Source of the DNA: Candidatus Saccharimonadota bacterium
Lineage (GTDB): Bacteria; Patescibacteriota; Saccharimonadia; Saccharimonadales; AQU-01
Length of the DNA: 64,000 nt
Assembly: GCA_018499905.2 (NCBI GenBank)
Contig: JAHBAU020000005.1
Coordinates: forward strand, 2,136-66,135
Direction of reading: 5' to 3'
In this document: positions 29,205 to 38,941 of the stretch, one piece after another
Numbering within the stretch: the first letter of the stretch is position 1
Layout: the number at the start of each line of letters is the position of its first letter
The notes under the pieces: generated by a model
Database searches by the model: none
Told to the model about the DNA's origin: nothing
What the model saw: the letters and a program-made list of their open reading frames with translations, nothing else
Translations under genes and position numbers: made by a program

Positions 29205-29639
29205 CTATTTTGAGATGCCAGCATAGAAGATGCCGTCGAGCATACACTGTATAGCTAGGCGGCTAGCGTCAAAATGGGGTTGGGGTAGATCCCTGGGGTC
29301 GAACCAGCCAAGTTCGGCACATTTTTGCTTTTCTCTGATGTAAGGCTCGCCAGTAAAACCGCCAGCTTGGACTATAACTGATATAAAGTGCACACCTTCT
29401 GCTCGAAATGTTTCAAGATTGTTTGTCACAGCAATAACCCTAGGCTTAAGTATAGTAATGCCATGTTCTTCATATGTCTCGCGCAAGGCACACTCTTCAA
29501 ATGTTTCACCCAAATTCAGCTTACCACCAGGTATTGACCATTTTTGAGCGTGGCTACCAATTCGCCTGCCCAAAAGGACGCCACCTTGATCATTCTCAAT
29601 GATGACGCCGACACCAACACCCGGGACCATTTCTGCCAT
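29205..29639 (-). CDS. NUDIX hydrolase (NUDT15-like)
   Basis: PGVGVGV, LLGRRIGSH..WSIPGG.L..GETFEECALRETYEE. Confidence 0.9.
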   Translation of the reverse strand: MAEMVPGVGVGVIIENDQGGVLLGRRIGSHAQKWSIPGGKLNLGETFEECALRETYEEHGITILKPRVIAVTNNLETFRAEGVHFISVIVQAGGFTGEPYIREKQKCAELGWFDPRDLPQPHFDASRLAIQCMLDGIFYAGISK

Positions 29640-29700
29640 ACATACAGTATTATCTGAGACAATTACCTATGCAATCATGAGCGTTTTAAATTCCAGAGTT

Positions 29701-30399
29701 TTAGTAATCGTTCACATTGAATGCATTTTCTGTGAAGGAAAATGATTCATTGTTTAACATGTTAAGTATTTCAAGACCTCCATGGATCGAGGAATTTGAT
29801 TCTTGAATCTGTTCGTAGGTGAGCCAGATATGCTTACCGTTCCGGCAGAGTTTTTTAAGTTGCCCTATGGGGTTTTGCGCGTGGCAAACAAAAAAATACT
29901 TATCTTGCATGAGCTGACCATTATGAATGTCTTGTGAGTGCTGTAGCCCAAGAACTTTGATATCGCAAGTAAGTCCTGTCTGCTCAAATACTGCTCGCTT
30001 CGCGGCCTCTAAAACTGTTTCACCGCGCATAATTTTATCACCTGGTGTTTCAAGCTGACCTTTGTAAGGCACCAGTTGCCGCTGGCGCATGAGGTAGTAG
30101 GTGACACCATCCTCTAGCTTTGTGAGCACTACCCGCACCGCCAAAAAGCCCTGGTCAATAAACCGATCGCTGCTTGGTGACAACAGAATTGATTGCTGCT
30201 TGCCAACTGGCGTTAAACGATACGAAAGATCCTCCGATTTCTCAATAAGTCCCAATTTTTGTAATTGGCGTAAATGATACGAAAACTGATCACTTGGTGT
30301 GTGAATGTCTTTAATCTCGGCAAAGCGGAGGCCGTCTTGAGTAAACAGTCGGCGCAGGATGTGAGCCTGGACGTTGTTAATGCTTTTTGCATCTGACAT
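29701..30399 (-). CDS. winged-helix plus NUDIX fusion (putative regulator)
   Basis: FSYHLRQLQKLGLIEK..YRLTPVG then PGDKIMRGETVLEAAKRAVFEQTG. Confidence 0.75.
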   Translation of the reverse strand: MSDAKSINNVQAHILRRLFTQDGLRFAEIKDIHTPSDQFSYHLRQLQKLGLIEKSEDLSYRLTPVGKQQSILLSPSSDRFIDQGFLAVRVVLTKLEDGVTYYLMRQRQLVPYKGQLETPGDKIMRGETVLEAAKRAVFEQTGLTCDIKVLGLQHSQDIHNGQLMQDKYFFVCHAQNPIGQLKKLCRNGKHIWLTYEQIQESNSSIHGGLEILNMLNNESFSFTENAFNVNDY

Positions 30400-30503
30400 A
30401 AATATATTGTAAAACAGCTGCATAAATTAGGATAGTGAAGAGTTCTTCAGTGATGAACCCATCACTAGATTTTTAATTTCGGCCTCTGTTAATCTCGACT
30501 CAC

Positions 30504-30935
30504 ATGAGTAGCCCAGCCGAGCATCAGCAGTACTATATTGGCGTCAAAGCAGTCATAGTTCAAGACGATGAGTTGCTTTTGATTCGGCGCAGTGACTACG
30601 GTTCGTGGGATGTTCCCGGAGGCCGGATCAATGTCGGTGAAACACCTGAAGCCACCCTGTACCGTGAGATTCCTGAAGAACTTCCAGGTGCAAGAGTGGT
30701 GAGTAATCCGCAACTACTACATGCTGAACAGCCGGATTTTACCCTGCCTGACGGCAACAGTTTGATGCTACTGTTTTATGCAGTCGAAGTTGAAGTGCCT
30801 ACTTATGCCATCACAAGTGACGAGCATATTGAAGTTATGTTTGCTACCAAAGAGTCATTCGGAGAAATCACGACACAGTCTCCAATTATGCAAGCTGCCA
30901 AAGGTGCGCTAACAAGGTATGGCTTCCTCGACTGA
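30504..30935 (+). CDS. NUDIX hydrolase
   Basis: WDVPGGRINVGETPEATLYREIPEE, SDEH. Confidence 0.85.
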   Translation: MSSPAEHQQYYIGVKAVIVQDDELLLIRRSDYGSWDVPGGRINVGETPEATLYREIPEELPGARVVSNPQLLHAEQPDFTLPDGNSLMLLFYAVEVEVPTYAITSDEHIEVMFATKESFGEITTQSPIMQAAKGALTRYGFLD

Positions 30936-30970
30936 CAGTTAAGAGCTAATCTGACATACTGTTAGTAATC

Positions 30971-32137
30971 ATGACCAGAATTCATAAGCTGTATATTAGC
31001 AACCTGCTGACGGGGTTAGTTTTTTGGTATGGCATCGAAAAATTGTTTATGCAGTCGATAGGGATCGATGCTTTTGGCGTGGGTATTGTCACTGCGGTAA
31101 TCCTGGTATTTACACTACTCTTCGATCTACCTATGGGTCTGGTTGCTGATAAATGGTCGCGTAAAGGGCAGTTGGTTATCTCGGCTGTCAGCCTGGGCGC
31201 TTGCTCATTTATTTTGGGTATGAGCAATAGTCTGACGGTGTATATCATTGGTGTGCTTTTTTACGGTCTATACCTGGTCAATACTTCTGGAACCTACCAA
31301 GCAATCACATATGACATTTTGCATGAAGAAGGCAGAGCAAAAGACTACACCCGAGAAATGGGACGGGCCTATGCGTTATTTTTGGTGGGTGCCGGCTTGG
31401 CAAACACTGCTAGTGGATTCATCGCCAACATAGACATCCGTCTGCCTTTCTGGCTGTCGTTAGTCCCACCAATCCTTAACAGCGTGATAGTGCTCAGCAT
31501 AAAGGAGCCAACTTTTCATAAAGAGCAGCAAGAGGCGCAATTTTTTCGACAGTTTGCAGTTGCGGTAAGGGAGGTATCCAAAGTTGCTGTTGTGCGCAGC
31601 TTGATTTTGGTATCTGTGGGATTTGGTATGATCGCAACTTTTACACTCGATTTGTCGCAGCTGTACATGCTGACATTTACAACAAGTCCCGTACAGCTTG
31701 GCTTGTTATGGGCAGTGTTTGCTTTTGCCCTAGCGGCGGGAAGTTATGCCGCTCATCATGTTAAAGCTCATCTTACACCTGTCATTATTGCGGCAATGTG
31801 TCTCATGATCAGCTTTTCACTTACCAGGCAGTCATGGGGTCTGATCGTCTTTATGATCTATGCAGTATGCAACACCGGTGCTGCCTTGCTTATAGAGACT
31901 CAAGTCCAACACAATACCGCATCAAGCATCAGGGCCTCAGTGTTGTCGCTGCTGTCGACCTTGTCACGCTTGGCCTCACTGCCAACGGCGCTTGTGCTGG
32001 GCTGGGTTGCCAGGAGATATGATATTTTTGCATCTATTAAACTGGTCTCTGCGGTAGCAAGTGCTGTACTTATTTATTGGGTTGCAGTCGGTTCGGGTCG
32101 TATGAAAAGTCATGAAAGGCTACTTGGTAAAGAGTAA
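30971..32137 (+). CDS. MFS transporter
   Basis: DLPMGLVADKWSRK, RASVLS; ~12 TM. Confidence 0.88.
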   Translation: MTRIHKLYISNLLTGLVFWYGIEKLFMQSIGIDAFGVGIVTAVILVFTLLFDLPMGLVADKWSRKGQLVISAVSLGACSFILGMSNSLTVYIIGVLFYGLYLVNTSGTYQAITYDILHEEGRAKDYTREMGRAYALFLVGAGLANTASGFIANIDIRLPFWLSLVPPILNSVIVLSIKEPTFHKEQQEAQFFRQFAVAVREVSKVAVVRSLILVSVGFGMIATFTLDLSQLYMLTFTTSPVQLGLLWAVFAFALAAGSYAAHHVKAHLTPVIIAAMCLMISFSLTRQSWGLIVFMIYAVCNTGAALLIETQVQHNTASSIRASVLSLLSTLSRLASLPTALVLGWVARRYDIFASIKLVSAVASAVLIYWVAVGSGRMKSHERLLGKE

Positions 32138-32141
32138 CTAT

Positions 32142-32510
32142 ATGAAACGACCAGGGATAAACAAATACGACGAAAAGCTTTTAACTGGCTTAGTGATAGT
32201 AAACGCTTTCTTTGTGCTTGGTGGATTATTAGCGTCACGTATTGGTAATGTCAGTTCAAGTTTTCCATTTACGCAAACCAAGGGTTGGCAGCGTTTTCAA
32301 ACGGTTAGCCTGACTCTGCTCATCTTGGGGTTATTTGGTGCGCTTATCTACCAAGGCGTACGTTCGGTTGGTTACGCCGAAGGGAAGGAGTCGTTTGCCT
32401 CCCAAGCTATTCTCGTATTTTGGCGTGTGTTCTTATACCTATTCCTACCCGCGGCGGTAATCACCCTTACTTTAGTTCTATATGCGCTGTATCGAAGATC
32501 GGTTCTCTGA
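32142..32510 (+). CDS. hypothetical 3-TM protein
   Basis: Three hydrophobic segments. Confidence 0.55.
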   Translation: MKRPGINKYDEKLLTGLVIVNAFFVLGGLLASRIGNVSSSFPFTQTKGWQRFQTVSLTLLILGLFGALIYQGVRSVGYAEGKESFASQAILVFWRVFLYLFLPAAVITLTLVLYALYRRSVL

Positions 32511-32588
32511 AACTGGCAAATAGTAAGGAAATGATCATTTTTTGCTTGGGCCAAATGCGGTATTATTAACATAAGCAAAAACGAACAG

Positions 32589-34340
32589 GTGAGGTGGTGT
32601 GTGGTGAAGAGACTGAGAGCGGGTCTTCGGGCATCGATGGCAATTGGTTTGTTGGCAGCAATGATCCCTACTTCAGGCGCATTGGCTTGGACTGGTAGCG
32701 GTACGCTATCTGATCCGTATTGGGTTAATGACTGTACCGAACTCCAAGCGGTCGGTACGAATCTTTCGGCACATTACCTCGTGACTCAAGATATCGACTG
32801 TTCGGGTGTTACATTTACGCCAATCGGCAACAGTAGTACGCCGTTTACCGGACATTTTGATGGTGATGGGTTTACCGTCAGTGATCTGACAATCAACCTA
32901 CCAACCACGGACTATATCGGTCTGTTCGGTGCCGCTGATGGAGCCACCATAAAAGATATTAATCTCTACGGCGCAAACATCACTGGCCAGGTCCGGGTAG
33001 GGGCTATCGTTGGGCATGCACTTAATACGACAGATATTTCCCATGTAACCATCAATGCCACAACCGTTATTGGCCAGCAGTATGTCGGCGGGCTCGTTGG
33101 TGCGCTTAATGATTCAATGCTTAATTATGGTCAAGCAGCGGTTGATCAGGTGAGCGGCTCGCGGGCAGGCCTATCGACTGCGGTAAAAATTGGTGGGGCT
33201 GTGGGGCTTACAGATAATTCGACCGTCAATAAATCTTTTGTAACTGGTACGGTGACGGGCAATAACCTCGGGTCGGCAAGCGACAGCGTAGGCGGGTTTG
33301 TTGGTGAAATGAATATGGGTTCAACTATCAATGACAGCTACACTACCGCTTCCGTGACGGCTCATGCAAAGTCTGGCGGGTTTGTTGGTAGTGCCGTCTC
33401 GTCGTCTACCAATCGAAGTTGGGCGAGCGGTGCAGTTGAGGGAACGACCGACGTGGGTGGATTTGTCGGTTACGAGGGACTAGGAATGCATACTGACTCC
33501 TTTGCGATGGGCAGTGTCACCGGGGTTACAAATGTTGGCGGATTCTTTGGGCACGTCTTGGCTGTTGGTGGCGATGCAAATAATTCTTATTTTGACGTCA
33601 CGCGCACTGGGCTTACCGATTGCGTAGGGCTCGATGAAGGCATCTCGTATTCCACGACTTGTACAGGAGTTAACGCCGCGAGTTCTGCGCCAAATTATTT
33701 CCATAACAATGCAACAAATGAGCCACTTGATGGTTGGAATTTTACGAGTGTGTGGCGTACTACTACAACGACACCGACTTTGGTATGGGTGCCAGAACGC
33801 CCGGACAATGTCCGCGTGGTACCGTCACCAACCAGCTTGACCTTTTCGTGGGAAGTGCCAGCCAATACGGGCGGGAGCGCTATTACTAGTTACGATATTC
33901 GTTATAAACCAAGCAGCTCAAAAGGCAGCTACAACTCATTTACCGGACTTTCTGCAGCAACCTTATCTCAAGTGTTGAACAATCTGATACCAAGTACAGA
34001 GTACACCATCTATCTGCGTGCCAATAACGCAATTGGTCATGGCACATGGACGGGGATAATTACCTATACCAGTGCGGCAAGCACAACCGTTACGACCGCA
34101 CCTAAAGTCAATACTGCTGCTGCAACTGTACCGACAGATGAACCGGCTGCTGTGCCGGCAGATGAAACAGCCTCAGCACCTCCACCTGTCACTGAGAATT
34201 CTGACGATGCCAATAGTAACGACGAGTCTGCAGGAACGGGGAGTTCTGCACTTTCCAAAGTTGTCTGGGGAGCAGTATCAGCTGTAGGGTTGGGCATAGC
34301 ATATATCGCCTCACTACAGTCAAAGAAAATTGCCAAGTAG
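32589..34340 (+). CDS. surface protein with GLUG-type repeats, fibronectin III domain and C-terminal anchor
   Basis: GSGTLSDPY, FTPIG..FTGHFDGDG, repeated VGGLVG/VGGFVG, FSWEVPANTGGSAITSY; start may be a few codons downstream. Confidence 0.8.
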   Translation: MRWCVVKRLRAGLRASMAIGLLAAMIPTSGALAWTGSGTLSDPYWVNDCTELQAVGTNLSAHYLVTQDIDCSGVTFTPIGNSSTPFTGHFDGDGFTVSDLTINLPTTDYIGLFGAADGATIKDINLYGANITGQVRVGAIVGHALNTTDISHVTINATTVIGQQYVGGLVGALNDSMLNYGQAAVDQVSGSRAGLSTAVKIGGAVGLTDNSTVNKSFVTGTVTGNNLGSASDSVGGFVGEMNMGSTINDSYTTASVTAHAKSGGFVGSAVSSSTNRSWASGAVEGTTDVGGFVGYEGLGMHTDSFAMGSVTGVTNVGGFFGHVLAVGGDANNSYFDVTRTGLTDCVGLDEGISYSTTCTGVNAASSAPNYFHNNATNEPLDGWNFTSVWRTTTTTPTLVWVPERPDNVRVVPSPTSLTFSWEVPANTGGSAITSYDIRYKPSSSKGSYNSFTGLSAATLSQVLNNLIPSTEYTIYLRANNAIGHGTWTGIITYTSAASTTVTTAPKVNTAAATVPTDEPAAVPADETASAPPPVTENSDDANSNDESAGTGSSALSKVVWGAVSAVGLGIAYIASLQSKKIAK

Positions 34341-34395
34341 CACCTCTTAAGCAAGCTTTCAGCTTGTATTCAGCAAGAAATTGTACTTTAATAGC

Positions 34396-35298
34396 ATGTT
34401 TGTGAACAAGCGACCTTTTATTTTTGGAATAATTTTTGGGCTTTTGTTTGTAGTGGCAGTTGCGGGTGGTGTTTGGGATAATAGTCCAGTGCAGGATGCC
34501 ACTCCTGAAACAACTCAAGAGCCGACACAGGACGCAGTAGTAACTGACATTACTCTGGACGAAACAACGGCATTGTTTGACGAATCGATAACCACGAATC
34601 TCAACAATCTAATAGCTCAACAACCAGGGCTTGAGATTGCGGTAAGTGTGATTGATTTAGAAACCGGTGATCAATACAATGCCGGTCTGGCCGATACCAG
34701 TTTTAAAGCAGCCAGCACCGCCAAGCTCATGACGGCTGCAAGTTATTTGTATGAGGTGCAGGAGGGTAGGGCGAGTATTGATCAAACGATTGATGGTGTT
34801 AATGCAGTAAATCTTATCAAGCAAATGCTCGAGGTCAGCGACAATGCCGCATGGGATAGTTTGCGAAATTTTTTGGGGGATAAACAGCAATCGTTTGCCA
34901 GACTAGCAGGGATCGAAAGTTTTGTTGGCGGTGATACAAATACCCTAACTGCGGCAGACCAGGCAAAGTTTTTAGCCACGCTGTATGAAGGCGATATTTT
35001 AAATAGTACGCTGAGCGCAATTATTTTTGAGCATATGGCTCAGGCGGATGCCGAAGAACTCATCAAATCTGCCATGCCTGCTGAGACTGTAGTGCTGCAT
35101 AAGTACGGCACGCTTTGGGGCAATTTGCACGATACTGCACTTGTTAAGTATCGTGGACATAGTTTTGCGCTCGTTATTTTTACCAATGATCCGACTGGTT
35201 CTATTCAAGACTATGCTGTTCGAGCTTCGATAATCAGAGAGATAGCGCAAGTTGTTATGTTAAGTTTTCGTGAAACTACCCCCGTCAGCGATAGTTAA
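34396..35298 (+). CDS. class A beta-lactamase-like serine hydrolase
   Basis: AASTAK, SDN, HKYG, LHD; N-terminal TM. Confidence 0.82.
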   Translation: MFVNKRPFIFGIIFGLLFVVAVAGGVWDNSPVQDATPETTQEPTQDAVVTDITLDETTALFDESITTNLNNLIAQQPGLEIAVSVIDLETGDQYNAGLADTSFKAASTAKLMTAASYLYEVQEGRASIDQTIDGVNAVNLIKQMLEVSDNAAWDSLRNFLGDKQQSFARLAGIESFVGGDTNTLTAADQAKFLATLYEGDILNSTLSAIIFEHMAQADAEELIKSAMPAETVVLHKYGTLWGNLHDTALVKYRGHSFALVIFTNDPTGSIQDYAVRASIIREIAQVVMLSFRETTPVSDS

Positions 35299-35299
35299 G

Positions 35300-35974
35300 T
35301 TACCCTTGTTTGCAGCCAACCATTGAGACAAAGCGCCAATCTCCATCTTCGTTGACTCTGTTGATTGTGTAGTTATAAGTACCGTAATCGCCATTGTACG
35401 CAATACTGCCGTGGACTGTTTTGCCATCATAATCATGAACCGTGACTTCGTAACCAGTGCCTGCCGGTACGTCCAAGATGCCACCACTCGCTTCTAGCTC
35501 AAATTTTGAAAACTCATGGGCATCATCCGCAAATCCGTCAGCATGTTTTACTGCGGCTTCTGCATCGCGATCGTTGGCCAGACAACTGATGGTCGTGTGC
35601 TTTGCCTGCGCACGGGCTTTTTTAAGCGTTGATAATGGCAAGATAGTTGACGAAACAGGCTGATTTAGTAGTGCAAATGCAGCCACCGCCAAGGCTCCTG
35701 TACCAATAACCCCGATACTAAATTTTGTTTTTGAACTTCGCATATGCATGGCCACCTCCCGTGAACGTTCTTTAATAATTTGTAACCCTGTTTCCAGGCA
35801 AGTCTTTAGCACAAACATTCGTAGGGATCCGTCCTTGTTTAGTTGTTCCTGGCACAAGTCGCCAAATGTTTGCAGCATTGGTTCCTTGAATGAATCTCTG
35901 AACTTTGCCGGATAAAGACCCAGTAGTTTTGCATATGCGGCTATGTAGCGGGTTGAAGAAGTTGTTTGTTTCAT
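35300..35974 (-). CDS. PadR-associated membrane protein
   Basis: LLGLYPAKFRDSF..PMLQTF N-terminal domain, TM, extracellular domain; ATGA overlap with padR. Confidence 0.65.
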   Translation of the reverse strand: MKQTTSSTRYIAAYAKLLGLYPAKFRDSFKEPMLQTFGDLCQEQLNKDGSLRMFVLKTCLETGLQIIKERSREVAMHMRSSKTKFSIGVIGTGALAVAAFALLNQPVSSTILPLSTLKKARAQAKHTTISCLANDRDAEAAVKHADGFADDAHEFSKFELEASGGILDVPAGTGYEVTVHDYDGKTVHGSIAYNGDYGTYNYTINRVNEDGDWRFVSMVGCKQG

Positions 35975-36318
35975 AGAGCACAGCGGGCGACACGCTGGCC
36001 GGTGAGCTTTACGACTTGCTGATATCTTTCGAGCTCAGTCGCGAGGGCTTGCTTGCCGGCATCGGTAAGTTTGTAATAAATGCGTCGTTGATCATCAAGC
36101 TCCGGATCAACTTGCTTGCTGCTCTCGGCTACATAGCCAGTTTCCATCATTCGTTTCAGTGATCCATAAAGCGTGCCAGGCCCCATGCGAACTTTGCCTT
36201 CGGAGTCTTGCTCAACCTGTTTCATGATTCCGTATCCGTGTTTTTCTTCTATGGCAAGAGCCATAAGAATATAGAGTACCGCAGGTGTTAAAGGTGTGTA
36301 ATTTTGTTCCATGGCCAT
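35971..36318 (-). CDS. PadR-family transcriptional regulator
   Basis: HGYGIMKQV, GPGTLYGSLKRM, RRIYYKLTDAG. Confidence 0.92.
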   Translation of the reverse strand: MAMEQNYTPLTPAVLYILMALAIEEKHGYGIMKQVEQDSEGKVRMGPGTLYGSLKRMMETGYVAESSKQVDPELDDQRRIYYKLTDAGKQALATELERYQQVVKLTGQRVARCAL

Positions 36319-36328
36319 ACTGCTATAC

Positions 36329-36347
36329 TATATCCGCCACGGATATA
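36329..36347. promoter_or_regulatory. putative PadR operator
   Basis: TATATCCG-N3-CGGATATA inverted repeat over the padR promoter. Confidence 0.6.
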
Positions 36348-36368
36348 TGTCAACATGCATTACTATGT

Positions 36369-36695
36369 TTAATAAGGCCAACAATCTATCTGTATTTCAG
36401 GAGGTTGGATTGCTTGATAGGTATAAGTTGCGTCGATTACTTGAGAATCGAGAACGATTCTTGAAGATGATGATGAATCCAAGCCTATAACCTGGCCAGC
36501 AGATGGCGATGAGTCTACTAAAGTAGGATAGTCAGGCTCAAGACCTACTCCCCAACGAGTAGTGTGCAGAACAGCGTTGCCACCAGGATACTCATCACAC
36601 TTACGACCATATAATGCCTCGACATCAATTGGTGGTGGACTGGAAGGCTGTGGATTGATTGTGCTCCATCTGCCATTGTAGTGGCGTATTCCCAT
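36369..36695 (-). CDS. hypothetical protein
   Basis: 108-aa ORF with AAGGGAG upstream. Confidence 0.45.
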   Translation of the reverse strand: MGIRHYNGRWSTINPQPSSPPPIDVEALYGRKCDEYPGGNAVLHTTRWGVGLEPDYPTLVDSSPSAGQVIGLDSSSSSRIVLDSQVIDATYTYQAIQPPEIQIDCWPY

Positions 36696-36750
36696 ATTGC
36701 TCTAACTCCCTTCCTGCATACTTTCCTCGTACATATGCTTACAAAAAAAC

Positions 36751-37602
36751 CTATTCAGTAGGGAAAAGGTTGGCGCTTCGCAGTGACCAGCCGGCGTCTA
36801 CGTGGATAGTTTGACCGGTTGTCTGTGAGAACATCGGCTCAACCATAAATGCTGCCGCCATTTGCCCAGCTGCAATGCGCTGTGAGCTGGAATCTGTATC
36901 TGGTAACAGCGCCGTTTCTGCGAATTGATCCTCAACTACTCCAGGACGTACTTTCTGTGCCAGTGCTACGCCACGACCTGAATAAGTCGGAATATAGCCG
37001 GTGACAATTTCAGCCGTTCTGGCGCTTGGTTCGGCCTGTCCGAGTGACGCCGCTAACTCAACTGTGAGCTGTGAAAGACCGGCCTTTGCTGCAGACATTG
37101 CGCCTCCATAACCTTCGACTGTTGCGCCTGGGCGGCCAAACCCAAAGGTGACGACACCAGCATTGGGTACCAGTAAGTCCTGTACGGCTTGCACTCCTTG
37201 AACCAGGGAAACGGTGCTCACCCGAAATGCATCAACATAAACCGATGGATCAAGGGCGTGTGCGGGTTGAGTAAAGTTTGTTCGGTCAGCCGCTGCGACG
37301 GCGTGCACAAAGCCAGCAAATCGACGCTCATCTCCGTACGTATAGTGTAGTTGGTCACGGACGATCGTGTTGGCATCAGGTAGTGACCAATCGGCCTCAA
37401 CTTGATCAACTCGCCCACGGTGAAGCTCGCGCTGCTTATTAATAAATTCAATACCTGCATCACTTCGCGTTGATGCAACAACTTGGTGATCAGGGTTCAT
37501 ATTGAGCCAGGCTTGGGCAGCTGACCACCCTAAAGAGGCTTCGTTATGGACACCCGCGACGAATAAATATGGTGCGGTCTCTGGATCATGCAATCGTTTC
37601 AT
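36751..37602 (-). CDS. fabI: enoyl-ACP reductase-like SDR (FabI-like)
   Basis: AGVHNEASLGW, VHAVA, YGGAMSAAK, TTGQTIHVDAG; AAGGAG RBS. Confidence 0.65.
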   Translation of the reverse strand: MKRLHDPETAPYLFVAGVHNEASLGWSAAQAWLNMNPDHQVVASTRSDAGIEFINKQRELHRGRVDQVEADWSLPDANTIVRDQLHYTYGDERRFAGFVHAVAAADRTNFTQPAHALDPSVYVDAFRVSTVSLVQGVQAVQDLLVPNAGVVTFGFGRPGATVEGYGGAMSAAKAGLSQLTVELAASLGQAEPSARTAEIVTGYIPTYSGRGVALAQKVRPGVVEDQFAETALLPDTDSSSQRIAAGQMAAAFMVEPMFSQTTGQTIHVDAGWSLRSANLFPTE

Positions 37603-37795
37603 ATGGAACTCCTTAGTACAGTTACGATAATGGGGTAACAGGAGAAATGCAAGCATAACGGTCGCTACTGCCCTTGAGCTACCGGCGCAAGCAGGTCTTG
37701 CGAGAACAGGCGGCCAACATGATAATAGCCAAATCAAGCTTCCCAAAAATAGAATGGCAATAAACCTTAGCGTTTTAACTGATACAATTTTCTCA

Positions 37796-38371
37796 ATGCA
37801 TAAACTAAAGCGTTATTTATTTTTGAGCCAGGCCCACTTGTTTGGATGGCTTATTATGTCCAGTATCTTTGCATCGAGCGTGGTGTTCACTAATGGCGGG
37901 GTGAGTAACTACGGCAATCATTACACGACGGTGCCGTTTTTTACTTTGGCCTTTATTCTGGGTGCGTCGTACCTGTACCTGGCCGCCGAAACGCTGGTGC
38001 AGCTGAGCAAGCGGTTCAGGTTTTTATCGAGATATTTGGTGGTATTGTGCGGCATCATGCTGCTGGTGTATATCACCACTTTTCCGCGTCGCTTTGGCGA
38101 TGTGTATTCGGACATACATGACAATGTCAGCAAGTTTTTATTTATCTACGAACTGTTTTTAGCCACTTGGTTGGTGGCCAAGCATCACACGCTGCAATCA
38201 TTTGTGTTTTTGTTTATCATGATCGGCGGTTCGTTCATCGGCTTACTATCATCGCTGCATGTATTGCATTTGATGTTCGTTGGCCAAATGATCGGAGCTC
38301 TTGGCTTTGGCCTACTACTAGTTTACATATTGCCAAAAGTCATCGAATCACAACTGAAGAAGCACAGATAG
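37796..38371 (+). CDS. multi-TM hypothetical protein (DUF998-like)
   Basis: GGVSNYG, ~6 TM. Confidence 0.6.
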   Translation: MHKLKRYLFLSQAHLFGWLIMSSIFASSVVFTNGGVSNYGNHYTTVPFFTLAFILGASYLYLAAETLVQLSKRFRFLSRYLVVLCGIMLLVYITTFPRRFGDVYSDIHDNVSKFLFIYELFLATWLVAKHHTLQSFVFLFIMIGGSFIGLLSSLHVLHLMFVGQMIGALGFGLLLVYILPKVIESQLKKHR

Positions 38372-38397
38372 CAGAGGCGATTGGTAAATGTAAGGGT

Positions 38398-38883
38398 CTA
38401 GCCGACACTGTCTGAGCCTTCGAGGGAGGCGATCCACTCTTCACGGTCAAGCAAACCTCTATCAGTCAAAAAGATGCTGCTGCAGCACGAGCCGCCATTC
38501 GCAGAAGCACGCAGGTCTTCGGGATCGGTTGACCATTTCTGATCAACATACGCAGTGTGTTCGGTCGTGGCACTGTGCACATCGGGTTGTTGCCCATCTG
38601 ATATCTCCATTTCAACGTCCATCAGAAAAATGTCATAGCTATTTCGCTTCTGAAACATGATGCCAAGAAATCTTGTTGCAGCGGCATCACAATTTAACTT
38701 TTCCATACAGATTCGTTTTGCTGCTTGTTCTGGCAACTCGCCATCTTTCATCGTTGCAGCCGGAAAGCCCCAATGCCCGCCAAGATCCAGATCATCGTCT
38801 GGCCGCCTGACCACCAAGAACTCATCAGGTTTTTGCTTGTTTTTAAGAATCACCGCCACCACGTATTTTATTGCTTTACTCAT
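38398..38883 (-). CDS. NUDIX-fold protein
   Basis: LVVRRPDDD...WGFPAATMKDGELPEQAAKR..EKL. Confidence 0.75.
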   Translation of the reverse strand: MSKAIKYVVAVILKNKQKPDEFLVVRRPDDDLDLGGHWGFPAATMKDGELPEQAAKRICMEKLNCDAAATRFLGIMFQKRNSYDIFLMDVEMEISDGQQPDVHSATTEHTAYVDQKWSTDPEDLRASANGGSCCSSIFLTDRGLLDREEWIASLEGSDSVG

Positions 38884-38941
38884 GGGTACATCATAGCAAA
38901 CAACAGTTGTGAGACTTGATTGTTACACTCGCCCATATTTA

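Noticed and set aside
34396..35298. Functional beta-lactam resistance gene
   Set aside because: SxxK/SDN/KxG are present but no clear Glu166-type omega-loop motif; more likely a PBP-like hydrolase
37655..37690. tRNA-like 5' half (GCGCCGGTAGCTCAAGGGCAGTAGCG) upstream of the fabI-like gene
   Set aside because: No anticodon arm, T-arm or acceptor complement; may just be a UTR hairpin
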